Shown here piece by piece: positions 38,296 to 48,098 of a DNA stretch of 64,000 nt (position 1 is the stretch's first letter; every line of letters begins with the position of its first letter). The position numbers and the translations under genes were made by a program. This stretch comes from an uncultured delta proteobacterium. GTDB taxonomy: Bacteria > Myxococcota_A > Polyangia > Polyangiales > Polyangiaceae. The stretch covers positions 3,584,001-3,648,000 of the forward strand of contig CAWAIF010000003.1 of the NCBI GenBank assembly GCA_963782055.1. The letters are read 5' to 3'. The notes under the pieces were generated by a model. That model did not search any database, was not told the origin of the DNA, and saw nothing but the letters and a program-made list of their open reading frames with translations.

Positions 38296-40296
38296 CTAGC
38301 GCCGGAAGACGTGGCAGCCGTTGCATGCGGCGGCGGCGGGCTGGTGACCGCGCCTGTCGGTGTGGCACTTGCCGGTGCACGTGACGCGGTCGGCGTGCGG
38401 CGGACCGTGGGGGACGTGGCAGGTCAGGCAGGCGATGGCGTGACCCCGCACCGTGTGAAGACCGGGGAGCCGCGCGCGCTGGTGACAGGTGGTGCAGGCG
38501 GGCGGTGAGGCCGGCCCCATGGGGCCGTGGGGCCGGTGGCATGTCCGACAGCCCGCCGCGGCGAGCACGCCCACCGGGCGGCCGTGGATGGCCTTCGCCT
38601 TGTCGGCGTGGCAGCTCGTGCAGGCCGCGTGGACGCCGAGCGAGCCGGAGTGCGGGTCGTGGCAGCCGGTGCACTTCGCGTGGCCCGGCGGCGCGGTGTG
38701 CACCTCGGTCGCGTGACAGGACACGCACGTCGGCTTCGCCACCGGGGTGTGGGGCGCGCCGTGGCAGCCCTGGCAGTTGCGGTGGCCGGGGCGCTCCAGG
38801 ACGGCGGTCGCCATCGGCACGTGGCAGCGACCGCAGAGCTGTGGGCCGAGGCTGGCCAGGTTGAACTGGTGCGGGCGGTGACAGCCCTCGCACCGCACCT
38901 TGCCGGGGGCGTGGAAGGACCGGTCGTCGTGCGCCTGCGAGTGGCAGGTGGAGCACGCCGACGCCACCGTGGACGGCGATGTCGGGTGCGGGCTGTGACA
39001 GCCGACGCACGCACCAGGCTGCGGCGGACCGGCGGGGCTGGTCCCGCTCTTGACGGAGGCGAACTGCGCGGCCGCCGCCGGGTGGCTCGGGTGCACGCCC
39101 TGGTGACAGCCGGCGCACGCGAGCGCCGGCGACGCGCCTGGACGATGAGGATCGTGGCAGCTGGTGCAGACCGCGTGTGCCGGCACGCGGTCCGACGCAA
39201 GCGCGTGCACGCCGGCGTGACACCCGCCGCACGAGGAGGCGGCCTGGCTGAAGGCGTGCGGCTTGTGGCACCCGGTGCAGGAGTGCCCGGCAGTCGCCAG
39301 CGCGCCGGAGTGGTCCTGGTGACAGCCCAGGCACGGCTTGACCGTGGCGCGGGTGGCGTCGTGAGGGATATGGCAGGTGTCGCACGCCTCGTGGCCAGCC
39401 ACGTGCGGGCCGAAGGGCCGCACCTTCGGCGCGGAGACCGAGAGGGCGGCGAGCATCGGGCCGGGGCGATCGGAGGGCGGGCCGGTGCGCGCGGTGGTGG
39501 CGGCGAAGCCCGCGCCGACGTGGCACTTCATGCACACGGTCCGCGCCTGCGCCAGGGTGGCGTGGGGCGCGTGGCAGGTGGTGCAGACCTGCCCGGGCGC
39601 CGCGTGCTCCGGCGCGAGGGGCGCGGCCACCGAGGCCAGCTCCCCTTCGCGCGGGGCCACGAAGGGAGGCGACGGGGCGCCAGCCTCTCGGGCCGCCGTG
39701 ACGGCCGCGGCCACGGGGTGGACCTCCGCGTCGATGGGGACGCCCGCGTCCCGTACCGCCACGGCGAAGCCGTCGTGCTTCGCCCCGACGCCGGCGTGAC
39801 ACGTCGTGCAGTCGGCCAGCACCACCGCGCCCGCCCGCGTGGCGGGGTGCATGACGTGGCACGCGTCGCACGCGACATCGGCCGTCGCGTGACCCGCAAT
39901 GGCGGCCACGGCGCCTTGCGGCTTGGTGTGGCACGTCACGCACGGAGTGGCGGCCCCCGGCCGGAATGCATGACACGTCAAGCACGTGGTGGGCGACCGC
40001 GCGTCGCCGACGTGGGCGTGCGCGACCTCGGCGGCGTGGCACCCCTTGCAGACGCTCACCTGGGGGTGTGGGTCGAAGGTGTTGCCCTCACCGTGGCACT
40101 TGCCACAGGGGATGTGCTTCTGGTCGACGTGGACCTTGTGCATCGGCGCGGTGCGCGCCTGCTGCCAGGTGAGCGGCACCGCCTCCTTCGGCGAGGGCAG
40201 CGGCGTACGCTGCCGCGCCAGGAAGAAGACCAGCACCCCGAGCGCCGCGGTGAGCGCGAGGGCGGCGAGCCAGACTCGAGCGCGGGGCAGCTTCAT
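38296..40296 (-). CDS. 27-heme membrane-anchored multiheme cytochrome c
   Basis: ATG at 40296; N-terminal transmembrane helix; 26 CxxCH plus CTGKCH, many arranged as CxxCHxPH...CxxCH doublets. Confidence 0.9.
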   Translation of the reverse strand: MKLPRARVWLAALALTAALGVLVFFLARQRTPLPSPKEAVPLTWQQARTAPMHKVHVDQKHIPCGKCHGEGNTFDPHPQVSVCKGCHAAEVAHAHVGDARSPTTCLTCHAFRPGAATPCVTCHTKPQGAVAAIAGHATADVACDACHVMHPATRAGAVVLADCTTCHAGVGAKHDGFAVAVRDAGVPIDAEVHPVAAAVTAAREAGAPSPPFVAPREGELASVAAPLAPEHAAPGQVCTTCHAPHATLAQARTVCMKCHVGAGFAATTARTGPPSDRPGPMLAALSVSAPKVRPFGPHVAGHEACDTCHIPHDATRATVKPCLGCHQDHSGALATAGHSCTGCHKPHAFSQAASSCGGCHAGVHALASDRVPAHAVCTSCHDPHRPGASPALACAGCHQGVHPSHPAAAAQFASVKSGTSPAGPPQPGACVGCHSPHPTSPSTVASACSTCHSQAHDDRSFHAPGKVRCEGCHRPHQFNLASLGPQLCGRCHVPMATAVLERPGHRNCQGCHGAPHTPVAKPTCVSCHATEVHTAPPGHAKCTGCHDPHSGSLGVHAACTSCHADKAKAIHGRPVGVLAAAGCRTCHRPHGPMGPASPPACTTCHQRARLPGLHTVRGHAIACLTCHVPHGPPHADRVTCTGKCHTDRRGHQPAAAACNGCHVFRR

Positions 40297-41354
40297 GGGG
40301 CGTGGCAGAGGACGCAGGGCGTGTCGTGGGTCTTGTCGAGCGTGCTGTTGAAGCCGGGTCCGTGCGGGTTGCCGCCCGCGCCGCCCACCTTGTGACAGCC
40401 GACGCAGAGCATCTCGCCGGCGCCGCCGTGGCAGGCCGCGCACGAGGCGGGGTCCATGCGCGCGGCGGGCCCGTGCGCGCCGCCGCTCGCCAGCACCCAG
40501 CCGGGCGGGTGAGGGCTCTTGCCGCCCTGCGGGGTGGTGGCGCCCACCTGGTCGCGCTCGTGGCAGTCGGCGCAGAAGCGCTCGCTGCGGTGGCAGGTGC
40601 TGCACAGGCCGGGCGACGCGCGCGCCTCGTCGGCGTGCCGTGAGACGAAGCCGGCCGGGTGCAGCCCCTCCACGCGCGGCCGGTCGAAGCGGAGCTTCCA
40701 CGGCAGGGCGGGCGTGGTCACGCCGTGGCAGCTCGCGCAGAAGTGCTCCTCGTGACAGGTGGCGCACAGGTCGCGAGAGGCGGCCGCCTGCACGCCGTGC
40801 TCGCGGAGGAAGTCGCCGTCGTGCACCAGGTGGCTGGTCGGGGTGACGTGCTCGGCGGGGAGGTCCACGTGGCACGCGTTGCAGTCGCGGACGCGCCACT
40901 GATCCTTGTGCACGTGGCAGGTGAAGCACTGCGCCATCGGCGGGCGAAGCGTCGCCTGCTCGGTGCTGCCAGCGCCCACGTGGCACACGACGCACTGCCC
41001 GCGCACCTGCGCGACGTGCTTGGCGTGCGCGAAGCGCAGGTGCTGGCGGGCGAGCTCGTCCTCCTGCTCGGTGTGGCGCATGCCGTGGCAGGTCAGGCAA
41101 TCACGGGTGTCGTGGGGCTTGCGGTGGCACGAAGCGCACTTCTTCGCGGAGGGGAGGTGGAGCGGGCCGGTGTCGCCGGCGCGCTGCACGCCCTCGTGGC
41201 AGACCAGGCAGTTGATGCCCTTGAGGGAGTGCGCGCGGTGCTCGAAGGGGTGCTGCTGATCGCGCGGGTGAATCCCGAGCACGCCGGCGCACGCCGCGAC
41301 GGAGAGCGCGAGCAGCAACGGCAGCAGGGAGCGAAGCGAGGGGCGGCGCGTCAC
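40293..41354 (-). CDS. 13-heme cytochrome c3/c7-like lipoprotein
   Basis: GTG at 41354; lipobox VAAC; FEHRAH and FAHAKH; 13 CxxCH. Confidence 0.9.
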   Translation of the reverse strand: MTRRPSLRSLLPLLLALSVAACAGVLGIHPRDQQHPFEHRAHSLKGINCLVCHEGVQRAGDTGPLHLPSAKKCASCHRKPHDTRDCLTCHGMRHTEQEDELARQHLRFAHAKHVAQVRGQCVVCHVGAGSTEQATLRPPMAQCFTCHVHKDQWRVRDCNACHVDLPAEHVTPTSHLVHDGDFLREHGVQAAASRDLCATCHEEHFCASCHGVTTPALPWKLRFDRPRVEGLHPAGFVSRHADEARASPGLCSTCHRSERFCADCHERDQVGATTPQGGKSPHPPGWVLASGGAHGPAARMDPASCAACHGGAGEMLCVGCHKVGGAGGNPHGPGFNSTLDKTHDTPCVLCHAP

Positions 41355-42563
41355 CGCGCCCTCTCGAAGGTGTAGGAGAGCCGGGCCAGGGCGTCGATCT
41401 CGTGCTTGTACTGCGGGCCGGCAGAGGCCTCCAGCGCGGCGGCGACCTCCCAGCCCGGCGCCGGGCGGTAGCCGACGGAGGCGAGGGCCCACGGCCAGAG
41501 GTCCCCCTGCCCGTTCGGGTCATCCGGGCGCACCAGCTCCAGCTCCGCGCCGGCGTGGAAGTGCCACGGGAGCGGCAGGCTCGCGGTGGCGCGGATGCCG
41601 ACCCACCGCGAGGTGTCGAAGTAGACGCGTCGCAGCTCGGCGCCGAGGGTGCCGTTCCACTTGTCGTCCAGGGCGAGGCGCCCGCGGAGCGCGACCTGCC
41701 CGCCCACGATGTCGTCCTGCACCTGCGCCGACGCCGTCCCCACCAGCTTCAGCCGGGGCGCGGCCTTCCAGTAGACGCTGCCGCCCGTGGTGGTCGCCGC
41801 GATGTCCCCCAGCACCGAGAAGAGCGACGTCTTGGGGAGAAGCCGGCCGGGCGATCGACTGGTGAGGAACGCCTCGAAGCGGAGCGGGCCGGTCTGCACC
41901 GAGGCGGAGACGAGCGCCTCGGCGAGGCCGGGGTCGATGAGAATCGAACGCGGCGCGGCCTGTCGCGGAGAAGACCTTGCCCGGCGTGAGCGTCAGGTCG
42001 GCGCCCGCTTCCTGGTACTCGGGGTGCTCCTCGTTACGCTGCTGCATGTACGATCCGCCGACGGCCAGCCAGTCCCCTGCGGTCTGCGCGACGCGTCCGC
42101 CGACGGCCCACTCGACGCCGTGGTAGTCGAAGCGGGGCGCCACAGGGAAGCCCCCGAATGCCTCCACGCTCGTCCCCCACGGCAGGCGCAACAGCCCCCG
42201 CACTCCGTCCAGGTGGAGCGGCCGGATCGCGCCGGTGGCGATCACCATGCGCCCCGCGCGCACCTCGCCGAGGCCGTGCGGATCGCGGACGCGAACCGAG
42301 AGCGTCAGCACGTCGCCGGTGGCCTCCGGATCGTTGGTGACGCCCACCCACATCACCGACTCGGCGTCCACCCACGGTCGCAGCCGGTCCTGGCCGGTGA
42401 GCACGAGCAGCCCCGCGGGGGTGCCCGACTGCGGCGACGTCTGGACGAGAGCGTCGCCCCGCAGGCGCAGCGGATCCGCCGCGGCGATCGCGGGGACCAG
42501 CGCAAAGGCTGCGGCCAGAAGGGTCACGAGAGACTTGCCTCCGTGACGACGAGACGCTTTCAT
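41351..42563 (-). pseudogene. Outer-membrane beta-barrel (porin of a porin-cytochrome module) with a +1 frameshift near 41942 (possibly a sequencing error)
   Basis: Signal peptide AAA|DP, amphipathic strands and C-terminal ARLSYTF. Removing one A from GAATC (41941-41945) joins the two frames as AAFDLIDPGLAEAL. Confidence 0.75.
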
Positions 42564-42596
42564 CGCGGTTCCATTGAGTGGTACGAGCAAATCGGC

Positions 42597-43250
42597 ATGC
42601 ACGAGTGGCTAGGATGGACAGCGTTGGGGTGTGCGGGGATCGCGGCGGCGCTGCTGATCCAGCACCTGTGGCGCAGGCCCGCCCTCACTCCGGACACCCG
42701 CCTGCGCCTCCTCTTCGGGCTGGGCGTGTTTCCCATCCTTAGCGCCGGCGCGGCCAACATCAAAGGTTTCCAGTCGATGGAGTCTCGCAAGTTCTGCGGC
42801 TCCTGCCACGTGATGATCCCCCAGGCGACGGATTCGCGAAACCACCAGAGCCACTCGCTCTCCTCCATTCACGCGCGCAACAAGTTCTTCGGGGAAGACA
42901 ACTGCTACTCGTGCCACGCGGACTACGGCATGTACGGCTTCGTCGTCACCAAGATGGGTGGCATGCGGCACGTCTACTACTACCTCACCAAGTTCCGGTC
43001 TGTCCCGGTCGACGAGGCGAAGCGAGAGATCCGCATCAACAAGCCGCTGCCTAACGGCAACTGCATGGAGTGTCACACGACCACGGCGCCCGACTGGCTG
43101 GAGATCGGCGACCATGCCTCCGCGGTGGAGGGCGTACGCAACGGCAGCATCTCGTGTGCGAGCCCCGGCTGCCACGGCTACGCCCACCCCAACACCAAGA
43201 CCGCCGCCGAGCTCGAGCTGGCGCGGCCGGTGGGGGACGCCGGGCTGTGA
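42597..43250 (+). CDS. NapC/NirT family tetraheme quinol dehydrogenase
   Basis: Two N-terminal transmembrane helices; FCGSCHVM, CYSCH, TKMGG, NCMECH and CASPGCH. Confidence 0.85.
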   Translation: MHEWLGWTALGCAGIAAALLIQHLWRRPALTPDTRLRLLFGLGVFPILSAGAANIKGFQSMESRKFCGSCHVMIPQATDSRNHQSHSLSSIHARNKFFGEDNCYSCHADYGMYGFVVTKMGGMRHVYYYLTKFRSVPVDEAKREIRINKPLPNGNCMECHTTTAPDWLEIGDHASAVEGVRNGSISCASPGCHGYAHPNTKTAAELELARPVGDAGL

Positions 43251-43531
43251 AGCTGCGCATCCCCTCCAACGACGCCACGCTCCGCATCGCGTGCGTGATG
43301 GCGCTCCTGGCGCTCCCGCTGATGGTGTGGTCCGTCTTCGACCCCACCGTGTGGCCGATCATGGTCGCCCTCTCCGTCGGCCAGGCGCTCGGGACGCTCT
43401 CCTTCTTCGCCTTCCTGGTGGTCGTCGCGCGCGACCTGCGCATCCGCCGGAAGCTGCGCATCCAGGCCGCCACCGACGCGGCGAGCCTCCCGCCGCCCAG
43501 CGTGAGCGAGCCCCCCGAGTCGAAGGGATGA
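43247..43531 (+). CDS. Small two-helix membrane protein coupled to the NapC/NirT gene
   Basis: GTGA overlap; two hydrophobic helices. Confidence 0.7.
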   Translation: MKLRIPSNDATLRIACVMALLALPLMVWSVFDPTVWPIMVALSVGQALGTLSFFAFLVVVARDLRIRRKLRIQAATDAASLPPPSVSEPPESKG

Positions 43532-43616
43532 TTCCCTTCACGGCGGCTTCCGGGCATCGGGGCGGCCTGTGCCGCCCCGGCGACGAGTGAGAGCGCCGTC
43601 CTGGACGGCTCTGGAG

Positions 43617-43698
43617 TGCGAAGGAGGGGACTTGAACCCCTACGGTGTTACCCGCTAGCACCTCAAGCTAGTGCGTCTGCCAATTCCGCCACCTTCGC
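43617..43698 (-). tRNA. tRNA-Leu(GAG)
   Basis: GCGAAGG/CCTTCGC acceptor stem, CTAGC-TTGAGGT-GCTAG anticodon arm, long variable arm, GGTTCAAGTCC; CCA not encoded. Confidence 0.95.
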
Positions 43699-43734
43699 GT
43701 GGGCCCGGAAAGAAAGACCAATCCGAGGGCGCCG

Positions 43735-44811
43735 TCAAGCGCGTCGTTTCGCTTCCAGCAGGGCCGAGACGATCTCGCCCACCTCGAAGGGCTTGCGGAC
43801 CCAGAGGGCGCCGGTGGAGCCCTCGGGCAAGGCGTCGGCGCTGCCGGTGATGAAGACGATGGCCGCGCGCTCCGCCTGACGGCGGACCAGGTCCAGGGCG
43901 CCCTGGACGTCGGCGGCGATGGGAGAGAGGTCCACCAGCACCGCGTCGTGGTCGGCCCGCAGGTGGCTGGCGAGCTCCCCGGCGGTGCGCGCGACGGTGA
44001 CGTGGGCGCCGCGGGCGGAGAGGGCAGCCTCGAGCAGGTCGGTCACGTCGGCGTCGTCCTCCAGGATGAGGACGCGCGAGCCGGCCAGCACGGCCGCCTT
44101 CAGGGTGGAGCGCGAGGGCGAGCCGGCGCGAGGCTCCTCGGCGCGCGGCCAGGTCAGCCGGAAGCGGGCGCCGCCGTCGGGGTCGGAGGCGAGGGCGAGG
44201 TCCCCTCCCGCCGCGCGGGCCATGGCCCGCGCGTGACGGAGGCCCACGCCGGCGCCCCCGGTGCGGGTGGTGTCGCCCTCGAAGACCGTGCTGGAGCGCT
44301 CGTCGGGGATGCCCGGGCCGTCGTCCTCCACCTCCACCGTCACCTGAGCACCGGAGACGATGCTGACGATGCGCACCTCGCTGCCGCGCGGGGCGTGGGC
44401 CAGGGCGTTGAGCACCAGGTTGGTGACGATCTGCGACACGTCCTCCCCGAGGGGCACGCGTGTGCGGTCGTCCCCGCGGCGCACCAGGCGAATCCCCGCC
44501 CGCTCCGCCTCCACCCGGAGGGCCTCCTCCGCGCCGCGCAGCACCTCCCCCAGCTCGGCCTCGCGGCTCGCGGGGACCTCGGCGCCGATGGCGCGGCGGG
44601 CGAGGTCGCGCGCGGCGCGCGCACGCTGCTCGACGATGCGCAGCGCGTGCTCCACCTCCTCGGCGGTGGCGCCGGGGGCGCGAGCCTCGGCCACCCACCC
44701 CAGCAGCACGGTGAGGGCATTCGACACCTCGTGCAACGCCCCCTCGAAATCGTGGCCGGGGGTGTCGGGGACAGAGCCCCTGACCGTGCTGGGATGTTTG
44801 GCGTCCGGCAA
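43735..44811 (-). CDS. Hybrid histidine kinase/receiver lacking an input domain
   Basis: LHEVSNAL, NLVLNA, DDGPG and GVGL; receiver with LILEDD, LVD and KPF. Confidence 0.9.
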   Translation of the reverse strand: MPDAKHPSTVRGSVPDTPGHDFEGALHEVSNALTVLLGWVAEARAPGATAEEVEHALRIVEQRARAARDLARRAIGAEVPASREAELGEVLRGAEEALRVEAERAGIRLVRRGDDRTRVPLGEDVSQIVTNLVLNALAHAPRGSEVRIVSIVSGAQVTVEVEDDGPGIPDERSSTVFEGDTTRTGGAGVGLRHARAMARAAGGDLALASDPDGGARFRLTWPRAEEPRAGSPSRSTLKAAVLAGSRVLILEDDADVTDLLEAALSARGAHVTVARTAGELASHLRADHDAVLVDLSPIAADVQGALDLVRRQAERAAIVFITGSADALPEGSTGALWVRKPFEVGEIVSALLEAKRRA

Positions 44812-46089
44812 TCAGCCCTCCGTGGGCGGTATCTTGGGGGTGTTGCCGCTCGTCAGGCGCCGGGCGGCGGCGGCGAGGTCGATGCCGGTGGCGGCGCGCA
44901 CCTGCTCGGCCGTGAAGATGGCCTTGCGGGCGAGATCGCCGTCCTGGACGGTGGGAAGGACGGTGAGCTTGCGGACCCCGACCTTCTGCGTGGCCCCGGC
45001 GATGGCCTGGGCGAGGGGCATCATCTTCTGCACGACGAGCACCTCCCGCGCGGAGCTGCCGGCGCGCTTGTACTGCTCGACGAGGGCGTGCAGCGAGGCG
45101 GCCTGCGCCCTGCCCTGCTCCACGATGCGGGCGGCGGCGCCGCGCGCCCGCTCCTCCGAGGCCTTGCGCTGGGCCTCTGCCGGCTGGACCACCTCGGCGT
45201 CCAGCTTGCGCTGCACCTGCAGGACGCGGGCCTTCTGCCGCTCGATCTCCGCGCGGGTCTTGGCGACCTCGGCGGCGACCTGACCCTCCGATTCGGCGAT
45301 CATGGCTGTCCTCTTGGATCGCGCGTCGGCGATTCGCTTGGCGTACTGCTGCCGGGCGATCTCCAGGTCGGCGTCGATCTTGGCCAGCTCGGCGTTCATG
45401 ATGTTGGTCGCCTTCTGGACCGCCGCGTCGGCCTGGGCGGAGGCCTCGGCGATGGCGGCGTCCTGCCGGACCGTGGCGCCGCGGATGCGGCCGATGGAGT
45501 TGAAGTAGCCGACGTCGTCGGAGACGCTCTGGATCTTGAGCGTGTCCAGCGCGAGGCCCATGCGGTTCATGTCGTGCTCGGCCTCCTCGATGAGGCTCTG
45601 CGCGAAGCGGGTCTTGTCCTCGTTGACCTGCTGCGGGGTGAGCTGCGCGAGCACGCCGCGCAGGTTGCCCTCCAGCGTCTCCTTGGCGATACGCATGATC
45701 TCCGGCTGGGACTTGCCGAGGAAGCGCTCCACCGCGTTGGCGAGCAGGTTCTCCTCGCCGGCGACCTTGACGTTCGCCACGCCGACGACGTTGAGCGGGA
45801 CGCCGCCGCGCGCGTAGGCGTTCTGCACGACCACGTCGATCGTGAAGGTGGTGAGGTCGATGCGGTCCACCTGCTCCAGCAGGGGCACGCGCAGGCTGCG
45901 ACCGCCGCGGACGGCGCGGTAGCCGACCTCCTTGCCGCTGACCAGGCGGCGGCGGCCGCTGAAGATGAGCGCCTCGTTGGGGGTGCTCACGTAGAGCAGA
46001 CGACGGAGCATCATCGAGAGGAAGATGAGGACGACGAACGCCGCGAAGACCAGGACCGCGATGATCCCGAAGGGGTTGTTGCCATTCAT
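44812..46089 (-). CDS. Flotillin (SPFH) protein 2
   Basis: N-terminal transmembrane helix, PNEALIFSG, LEGNLRGVLAQLTP and Ala/Glu-rich coiled coil. Confidence 0.92.
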   Translation of the reverse strand: MNGNNPFGIIAVLVFAAFVVLIFLSMMLRRLLYVSTPNEALIFSGRRRLVSGKEVGYRAVRGGRSLRVPLLEQVDRIDLTTFTIDVVVQNAYARGGVPLNVVGVANVKVAGEENLLANAVERFLGKSQPEIMRIAKETLEGNLRGVLAQLTPQQVNEDKTRFAQSLIEEAEHDMNRMGLALDTLKIQSVSDDVGYFNSIGRIRGATVRQDAAIAEASAQADAAVQKATNIMNAELAKIDADLEIARQQYAKRIADARSKRTAMIAESEGQVAAEVAKTRAEIERQKARVLQVQRKLDAEVVQPAEAQRKASEERARGAAARIVEQGRAQAASLHALVEQYKRAGSSAREVLVVQKMMPLAQAIAGATQKVGVRKLTVLPTVQDGDLARKAIFTAEQVRAATGIDLAAAARRLTSGNTPKIPPTEG

Positions 46090-47435
46090 CGCGAGCCTCC
46101 CCTCAGGGTGGCGGGCGGCAGCTCGCCGGGTGGACTCGAGCCCACCGGGCCGATGAGGGCGCGGACGTCCACGCCCATCGCCCGGCCGGTCTCCTCGAGC
46201 ACGCGCGCCACGCTCATGGAGAAGGCGGAGGCCACCGCGCCGAGGCTCCGGCCGTCGCCGCCGTCGACGATCTCCAGCTCGGTCACCTCGAGCTGGGAGA
46301 CGCGGGCGACCGCCGCGGCGACGACCCCGTCGAGCTGCTGCAAGAGGTAGATGTCGCGGCCGCTCCCGCCGGCCGCGGCCCACTCCGCGACCACGAGGCT
46401 GAGGGCCTCGGCGGTGGCCTTGCCGTTCTCGGTGATGGGCGCCGCCTCGCCGCGCGCGCGCGACGCCTGCGCCTGGGCCTGGGCCTCGGCGGGGAGCACC
46501 GTCTCGACCTGCAGCGCGAGCTTGGCGAGCTCGGCGCGCAGCCCCTGGAGGTCCTGCTCGGCCTTGGCGCGCGCGGTCTCCGCCGCCACCTGCGCCTCGT
46601 TCTCGATGCCCTGCGCCTCCGCCTCCAGCTTGGCGATCTCCGCGCGGAAGCCGTTGCGCCTCTGGAGGATCTGCGCCTCCGCCTGCTGCTGCGCGCTCTC
46701 GGCGCGCTGCCGGTTCTTCGCCTGCTCCTCCTTCACGCGCTGGTCGGCCTGGCTCTCGGCGTTCTGTCCGTCGCGCACCATGGCGGCGATCTGCGCGCGG
46801 CCGAGGTTCTGCAGGTACTTCTGGTCGTCGGCGACGTGCTGGACCTTGAGCACGTCCAGCTCCAGGCCCAGCTTGTCGAAGTCGTCCTTGGCGTTGTGGA
46901 CCAGCGAGCCGGCGAACTTCAGGCGGTCCTGGTTGACCTCCTCCGGGGTGAGCTGGCTCAGCACCTCGCGCAGGACGCCTTCGAGCGTCTGCTTGGCGAC
47001 CATCAGGATCTGGTTGGTGGGCACGCCCAGGAAGCGCTCCACGGCCTGCCGCACCAGCTTCTCGTCGGTGGAGATCTTGACGTTGGCGATGGCGTGGACG
47101 TTCAGGGGGATGCCGCCCTTGGAGAAGGCGTTCTGCACCGCCACCTCCACGCCGTACAGCCGTACGTCCATGCGCGAGACCTGCTCGAGCAGCGGCCAGC
47201 GGAGGGCGCGGCCCCCGTGGATCACCTTGAAGCCCACCTGCGAGCCGTCCGGCAGCTTGTGCTTGCGGCCGGAGAAGACCAGGATCTGGTTGGGAGCGCA
47301 GATGTAGAGGAAGCGCGTCACGAAGAAGACGACGATGAACAGCGCCAGGAGCGCGCCCACGCCCACCCCCAGGCTCTGCGCGAGGTCGGCGGGATCGAGG
47401 ATCGTGTCGCCGCCCGGTGTCGGTAGAGGAGCCAT
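46086..47435 (-). CDS. Flotillin (SPFH) protein 1
   Basis: PNQILVFSG, LEGVLREVLSQLTPEEVN and EA-rich coiled coil. Confidence 0.92.
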   Translation of the reverse strand: MAPLPTPGGDTILDPADLAQSLGVGVGALLALFIVVFFVTRFLYICAPNQILVFSGRKHKLPDGSQVGFKVIHGGRALRWPLLEQVSRMDVRLYGVEVAVQNAFSKGGIPLNVHAIANVKISTDEKLVRQAVERFLGVPTNQILMVAKQTLEGVLREVLSQLTPEEVNQDRLKFAGSLVHNAKDDFDKLGLELDVLKVQHVADDQKYLQNLGRAQIAAMVRDGQNAESQADQRVKEEQAKNRQRAESAQQQAEAQILQRRNGFRAEIAKLEAEAQGIENEAQVAAETARAKAEQDLQGLRAELAKLALQVETVLPAEAQAQAQASRARGEAAPITENGKATAEALSLVVAEWAAAGGSGRDIYLLQQLDGVVAAAVARVSQLEVTELEIVDGGDGRSLGAVASAFSMSVARVLEETGRAMGVDVRALIGPVGSSPPGELPPATLRGGSR

Positions 47436-47515
47436 GCGGCCGAGACTACGCCCCTCGGGTTGGGGTAGGAAGCCAATGTGACGAGCTGCCCCAGCCGCAC
47501 GCGCGTGACGTCACC

Positions 47516-48064
47516 TCAACTCAGCTCCTTCGGCGCGCGGCTGACGGTGAGGCGGTCTTCTTCCAGCTCCTCCACGACGACCGAGTCGCCCTCCGCCAGT
47601 GGCTCGTCGGAGTGGGCGACGTAGTCGACGACGCTCCCCTTGACGCTGACGCGCACCTTGGCGTGTCCCTCGTCCGACGGCGGAACGATCACCCGGCCGA
47701 CCAGGCCGACGACGTCGCGCGCGCCCACCACGCTGGAGGTGTCCTTGACCAGCAGCCGCCGGATCACCAGCGAGGCCGCCGCGCCTGCGGCGAGGCCCGC
47801 GCCCAGCGCGACGACCAGGGCGACGATCTTGCCGGCGAGGCCGAGGAGGCTGAGCGCGCCGCCCACCAGCCCGAAGGTCATCAGGGCGAAGGCCCAGAAG
47901 CGGACGCTGGCGAGGACCCACAGCGCGGAGTCCAGCCCGGCGTCGTGGTCGCCGTGGACCCCCACATCGTGGTCCATTCCACCCGGTGCGTCGTGACCAC
48001 CCACGAGCTGCAGCGCGAGCGCACCGAGCCCGACCACGAGGGCCGCGAGGTAGACCGCAAGCAT
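47516..48064 (-). CDS. Short NfeD-like protein
   Basis: Transmembrane helices plus C-terminal OB-fold (VGLVGRV...EGDSVVV); directly upstream of the flotillins. Confidence 0.82.
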   Translation of the reverse strand: MLAVYLAALVVGLGALALQLVGGHDAPGGMDHDVGVHGDHDAGLDSALWVLASVRFWAFALMTFGLVGGALSLLGLAGKIVALVVALGAGLAAGAAASLVIRRLLVKDTSSVVGARDVVGLVGRVIVPPSDEGHAKVRVSVKGSVVDYVAHSDEPLAEGDSVVVEELEEDRLTVSRAPKELS

Positions 48065-48098
48065 GTCCGGAGGATGGTAGCACCCTCCGAGGCCGCGC

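Noticed and set aside
35135..43698. Cytochrome locus as a genomic island inserted at tRNA-Leu
   Set aside because: It lies at the tRNA 3' end, but I found no integrase, no duplicated tRNA end and no obvious composition shift. This is unsupported by eye rather than excluded.
43699..46350. 883-aa plus-strand ORF opposite the flotillin and kinase genes
   Set aside because: Antisense shadow with no recognisable domain.
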